From an uncultured delta proteobacterium (GTDB lineage Bacteria > Myxococcota_A > Polyangia > Polyangiales > Polyangiaceae), in contig CAWIUL010000011.1 in NCBI GenBank assembly GCA_963839305.1, positions 2,377,561 through 2,441,560 on the forward strand: a DNA stretch of 64,000 nucleotides. The letters run 5' to 3'. The translations under genes were made by a program, and so were the position numbers. Each line of letters begins with the position of its first letter. Position 1 is the stretch's first letter. The notes below the pieces were generated by a model. That model worked only from the letters and a program-made list of their open reading frames with translations. It searched no databases and was not told the origin of the DNA. This document shows, piece by piece, positions 62,316 through 64,000 of the stretch.

Positions 62316-63038
62316 TCACACGGCCATCTTGGCGATCGTTGCTTTCGCCATGGAAATTTCTGGCTCTAGCGCAATGACCATCGAGGTCGGCATCGACTCG
62401 GTGCGTCGGAGGAATGCTTCGAGGTACTGCTGTGCCGCGCGAAACTCTCGCGCCGCGTACGCGAGGTGACCGAGCACGAAGCGTCCATAGCCTTGTCCGG
62501 ACGGCGCGGCCGCGAGCTCGTCGATGAGCTTCTGCAAACCATCGGGGCGCTCGCCGCCCGCGATCCACACGAGCGCGAGCTGCGCGCGGTAGAGCGGCCT
62601 CTCGGTCGTGGCCCAGCGGAGCGCGCGCTCGAGCGACGAGGCCGACTCGTCGTAGCGCTGGGCGTGGAAGAGCAGCGTCGCGAGCGTCCAGTGGTGGAGG
62701 GAGCGACGCGACGCGGGGGCGCGACGCGCGGCGCTCCGAAGGTGCAGAACGGCAGCGTCGAGATCGCCCGCCGCGAATGCCGCGCGGGCGGCGTCGTGGA
62801 GCATGACGTCCGTGAGGACGCGCATCTCCGCGGCTGACTCGGCGATCTCGCGCGCGGCCGAGAAGCGCCGGGACTCGAAGAGCGCGAGGTAGAGCTGGCG
62901 CAGGAGCATCGCGTGCGTCGTGCGATCGATCGCCGCGCGCGACGCGAGCCCTCTCCGCGCGAGGCGCGCTCTCGCGGCCGGATCCTTGGCGGACATCGCG
63001 CGCTCTAGCAGCTCTTCCGGGCTCGCGTTCGCCACCAC
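62316..63038 (-). CDS. TPR-like helical-repeat hypothetical protein
   Basis: The 240-aa protein is Ala/Leu/Arg-rich with helical repeats: 'MVANASPEELLERAMSAKDPAARARLARRGLAS...'. The frame choice against the overlapping 260-aa ORF is moderately confident. Confidence 0.45.
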   Translation of the reverse strand: MVANASPEELLERAMSAKDPAARARLARRGLASRAAIDRTTHAMLLRQLYLALFESRRFSAAREIAESAAEMRVLTDVMLHDAARAAFAAGDLDAAVLHLRSAARRAPASRRSLHHWTLATLLFHAQRYDESASSLERALRWATTERPLYRAQLALVWIAGGERPDGLQKLIDELAAAPSGQGYGRFVLGHLAYAAREFRAAQQYLEAFLRRTESMPTSMVIALEPEISMAKATIAKMAV

Positions 63039-63070
63039 GGGTCAATATATCGTGCTAACTCTCGGGCCGG

Positions 63071-63352
63071 ATGCGCTTCGGAATCGCCCTCGCCTCCCTC
63101 GTTTTGCTCGCAGCCTGCGGCCGCCACGCGACCCAGGCCGACTGCGAAATCATCATGGATCGCATGGTGGTCGTGAAGCTGAAGCAAAAGAACATCACCG
63201 ACGCGGAGAGCATCCAGAAGATGCAGGCCGATCTCCGCCGCGACGCGCAGTCGGATTTTCCGAGCTGCGTGGGTCGACGCATCACCGACTCGGCGATCGC
63301 GTGCGTGAAGAAGGCCGAGACGCAGGAAGCCATCGTCAAGTGTCTCCGGTAG
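63071..63352 (+). CDS. Small Cys4 lipoprotein (paralog A)
   Basis: 'MRFGIALASLVLLAACGRHATQADCEIIMDRMVVVKLKQKN...DFPSCVGRRITDSAIACVKKAETQEAIVKCLR' has a LAAC lipobox. Its GC is lower than its surroundings. Confidence 0.55.
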   Translation: MRFGIALASLVLLAACGRHATQADCEIIMDRMVVVKLKQKNITDAESIQKMQADLRRDAQSDFPSCVGRRITDSAIACVKKAETQEAIVKCLR

Positions 63353-63363
63353 GGCGCGTCCTC

Positions 63364-63633
63364 TTGTTCGTCGTCCTCGCGACGCTCGGCTGCAAGAAGA
63401 AGGTCACGTCGGCGCAGTGCGAGGCGATCCTCGACCGCTACGCCGAGCTCGTCGTGAAGGAGAAGATGCCCGACGCGTCCGCCGAGGCGATCGCGACGGA
63501 GCGCGCGCGCGAGAAGAGCGAGGCGCACGGGGACGACGCGTTCAAGAACTGCGCGGCCGAGGTCGAGAGCGACGACTACGCGTGCGCGATGCGCGCGAAG
63601 ACGCCCGACGCGCTGGAGAAGTGCTTGGAGTAG
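63364..63633 (+). CDS. Small Cys4 lipoprotein (paralog B, tandem to A)
   Basis: TTG start, then 'LFVVLATLGCKKKVTSAQCEAILDRYAELVVKEKMPDASAEAIATERAREKSEAHGDDAFKNCAAEVESDDYACAMRAKTPDALEKCLE'. The Cys spacing and the QxDCExI..R / ..KCL motifs match paralog A. Confidence 0.5.
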   Translation: MFVVLATLGCKKKVTSAQCEAILDRYAELVVKEKMPDASAEAIATERAREKSEAHGDDAFKNCAAEVESDDYACAMRAKTPDALEKCLE

Positions 63634-63643
63634 CTACGAGTAG

Positions 63644-63958
63644 CTACGGGACCGTGTGCACGGCGCGGCCGCGATACTTCCACTTGCCGTCTTCGTGCGC
63701 GGGCTCGGGTTCGACGCCCCACACGATGTCGCCGCCGAGCTTGCAGACCTGGTCTTTCAGCTCGCGCAGACAATCGTCTTTCGACGTCGCGCTCTGGTCG
63801 TCGCAGCTCGCCGACACGGGGCCGATGTTCTCGGTCTTCATCGTCGGCGCCTGCTGGAAGACTTGGACCTCGCAGCCCGTGGCGCGCGAGGGGAACTTCG
63901 AATTGCCGCCGCCGCCGCCACAAGCGACGAGGCACATCACGAGGACGATCTCCTTCAT
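63644..63958 (-). CDS. Small lipoprotein with 5 Cys
   Basis: 'MKEIVLVMCLVACGGGGGNSKFPSRATGCEVQVFQQAPTMKTENIGPVSASCDDQSATSKDDCLRELKDQVCKLGGDIVWGVEPEPAHEDGKWKYRGRAVHTVP' has a VAC lipobox. Confidence 0.55.
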   Translation of the reverse strand: MKEIVLVMCLVACGGGGGNSKFPSRATGCEVQVFQQAPTMKTENIGPVSASCDDQSATSKDDCLRELKDQVCKLGGDIVWGVEPEPAHEDGKWKYRGRAVHTVP

Positions 63959-64000
63959 GCGCGCGCTTCCTTCACCATCGCGGCTTCGGCCGCGGAGCCC

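Overview
This is a 64-kb window of a ~70% GC genome. The gene content points to Myxococcota: a FrzS-like receiver plus coiled-coil protein, a receiver protein with a DUF4388 domain, a DUF4339 protein, MopE-like Cys-rich lipoproteins and many small lipoproteins. Nearly every six-frame ORF rich in Arg, Ala and Ser is an antisense artefact of the GC content. I chose real frames by recognisable protein families and sensible amino-acid composition.

Layout, start to end:
- Minus-strand operon (1-7506): a TPR protein with an HExxH peptidase motif, RimI, CheA with two HPt domains, a soluble MCP, CheW and a receiver-DUF4388 protein, with overlapping stop/start codons.
- MtaD-like amidohydrolase on the plus strand (7572-9002).
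- About 9.6-36 kb: at least 20 recognisable genes interrupted only by +/-1 frameshifts. These include msrB, a DUF2252 protein, a CobW GTPase, a BASS symporter, the FrzS-like gene, hisIE, a DHH esterase, a PD40 beta-propeller protein, sppA, a Ser/Thr kinase, thioredoxin, an AI-2E transporter and a MacAB/DevABC-like ABC-FtsX-HlyD operon. I saw no in-frame nonsense codons among them, and the flanking regions are intact. This looks more like indel sequencing or assembly error than real decay, but that cannot be decided from the sequence alone.
- Intact DUF4833 protein and a YfcE-like phosphoesterase.
- PmbA and TldD pair; TldD carries a twin-arginine (TAT) signal and a lipobox.
- Omp85-family outer-membrane protein plus a 1468-aa TamB, both with frameshifts.
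- An intact block from 48.8 to 60 kb: SpoU methyltransferase, grpE, dnaK, a short LeuA-family synthase, an alpha/beta hydrolase, a lipoprotein, ComF, then a three-gene envelope module (DUF4339 Pro-rich bitopic protein, lipoprotein, MopE-like Cys-rich lipoprotein).
- A lower-GC IS5-family (IS427-group) element of 886 bp with 17-bp perfect inverted repeats and a TA duplication inside CTAG. It sits exactly at the stop codon of a DsbD-like gene and has an A7 -1 frameshift site.
- A TPR-like protein and three small Cys-containing lipoproteins, two of them tandem paralogs.

I found no rRNA or CRISPR array. I could not screen systematically for tRNAs by eye.
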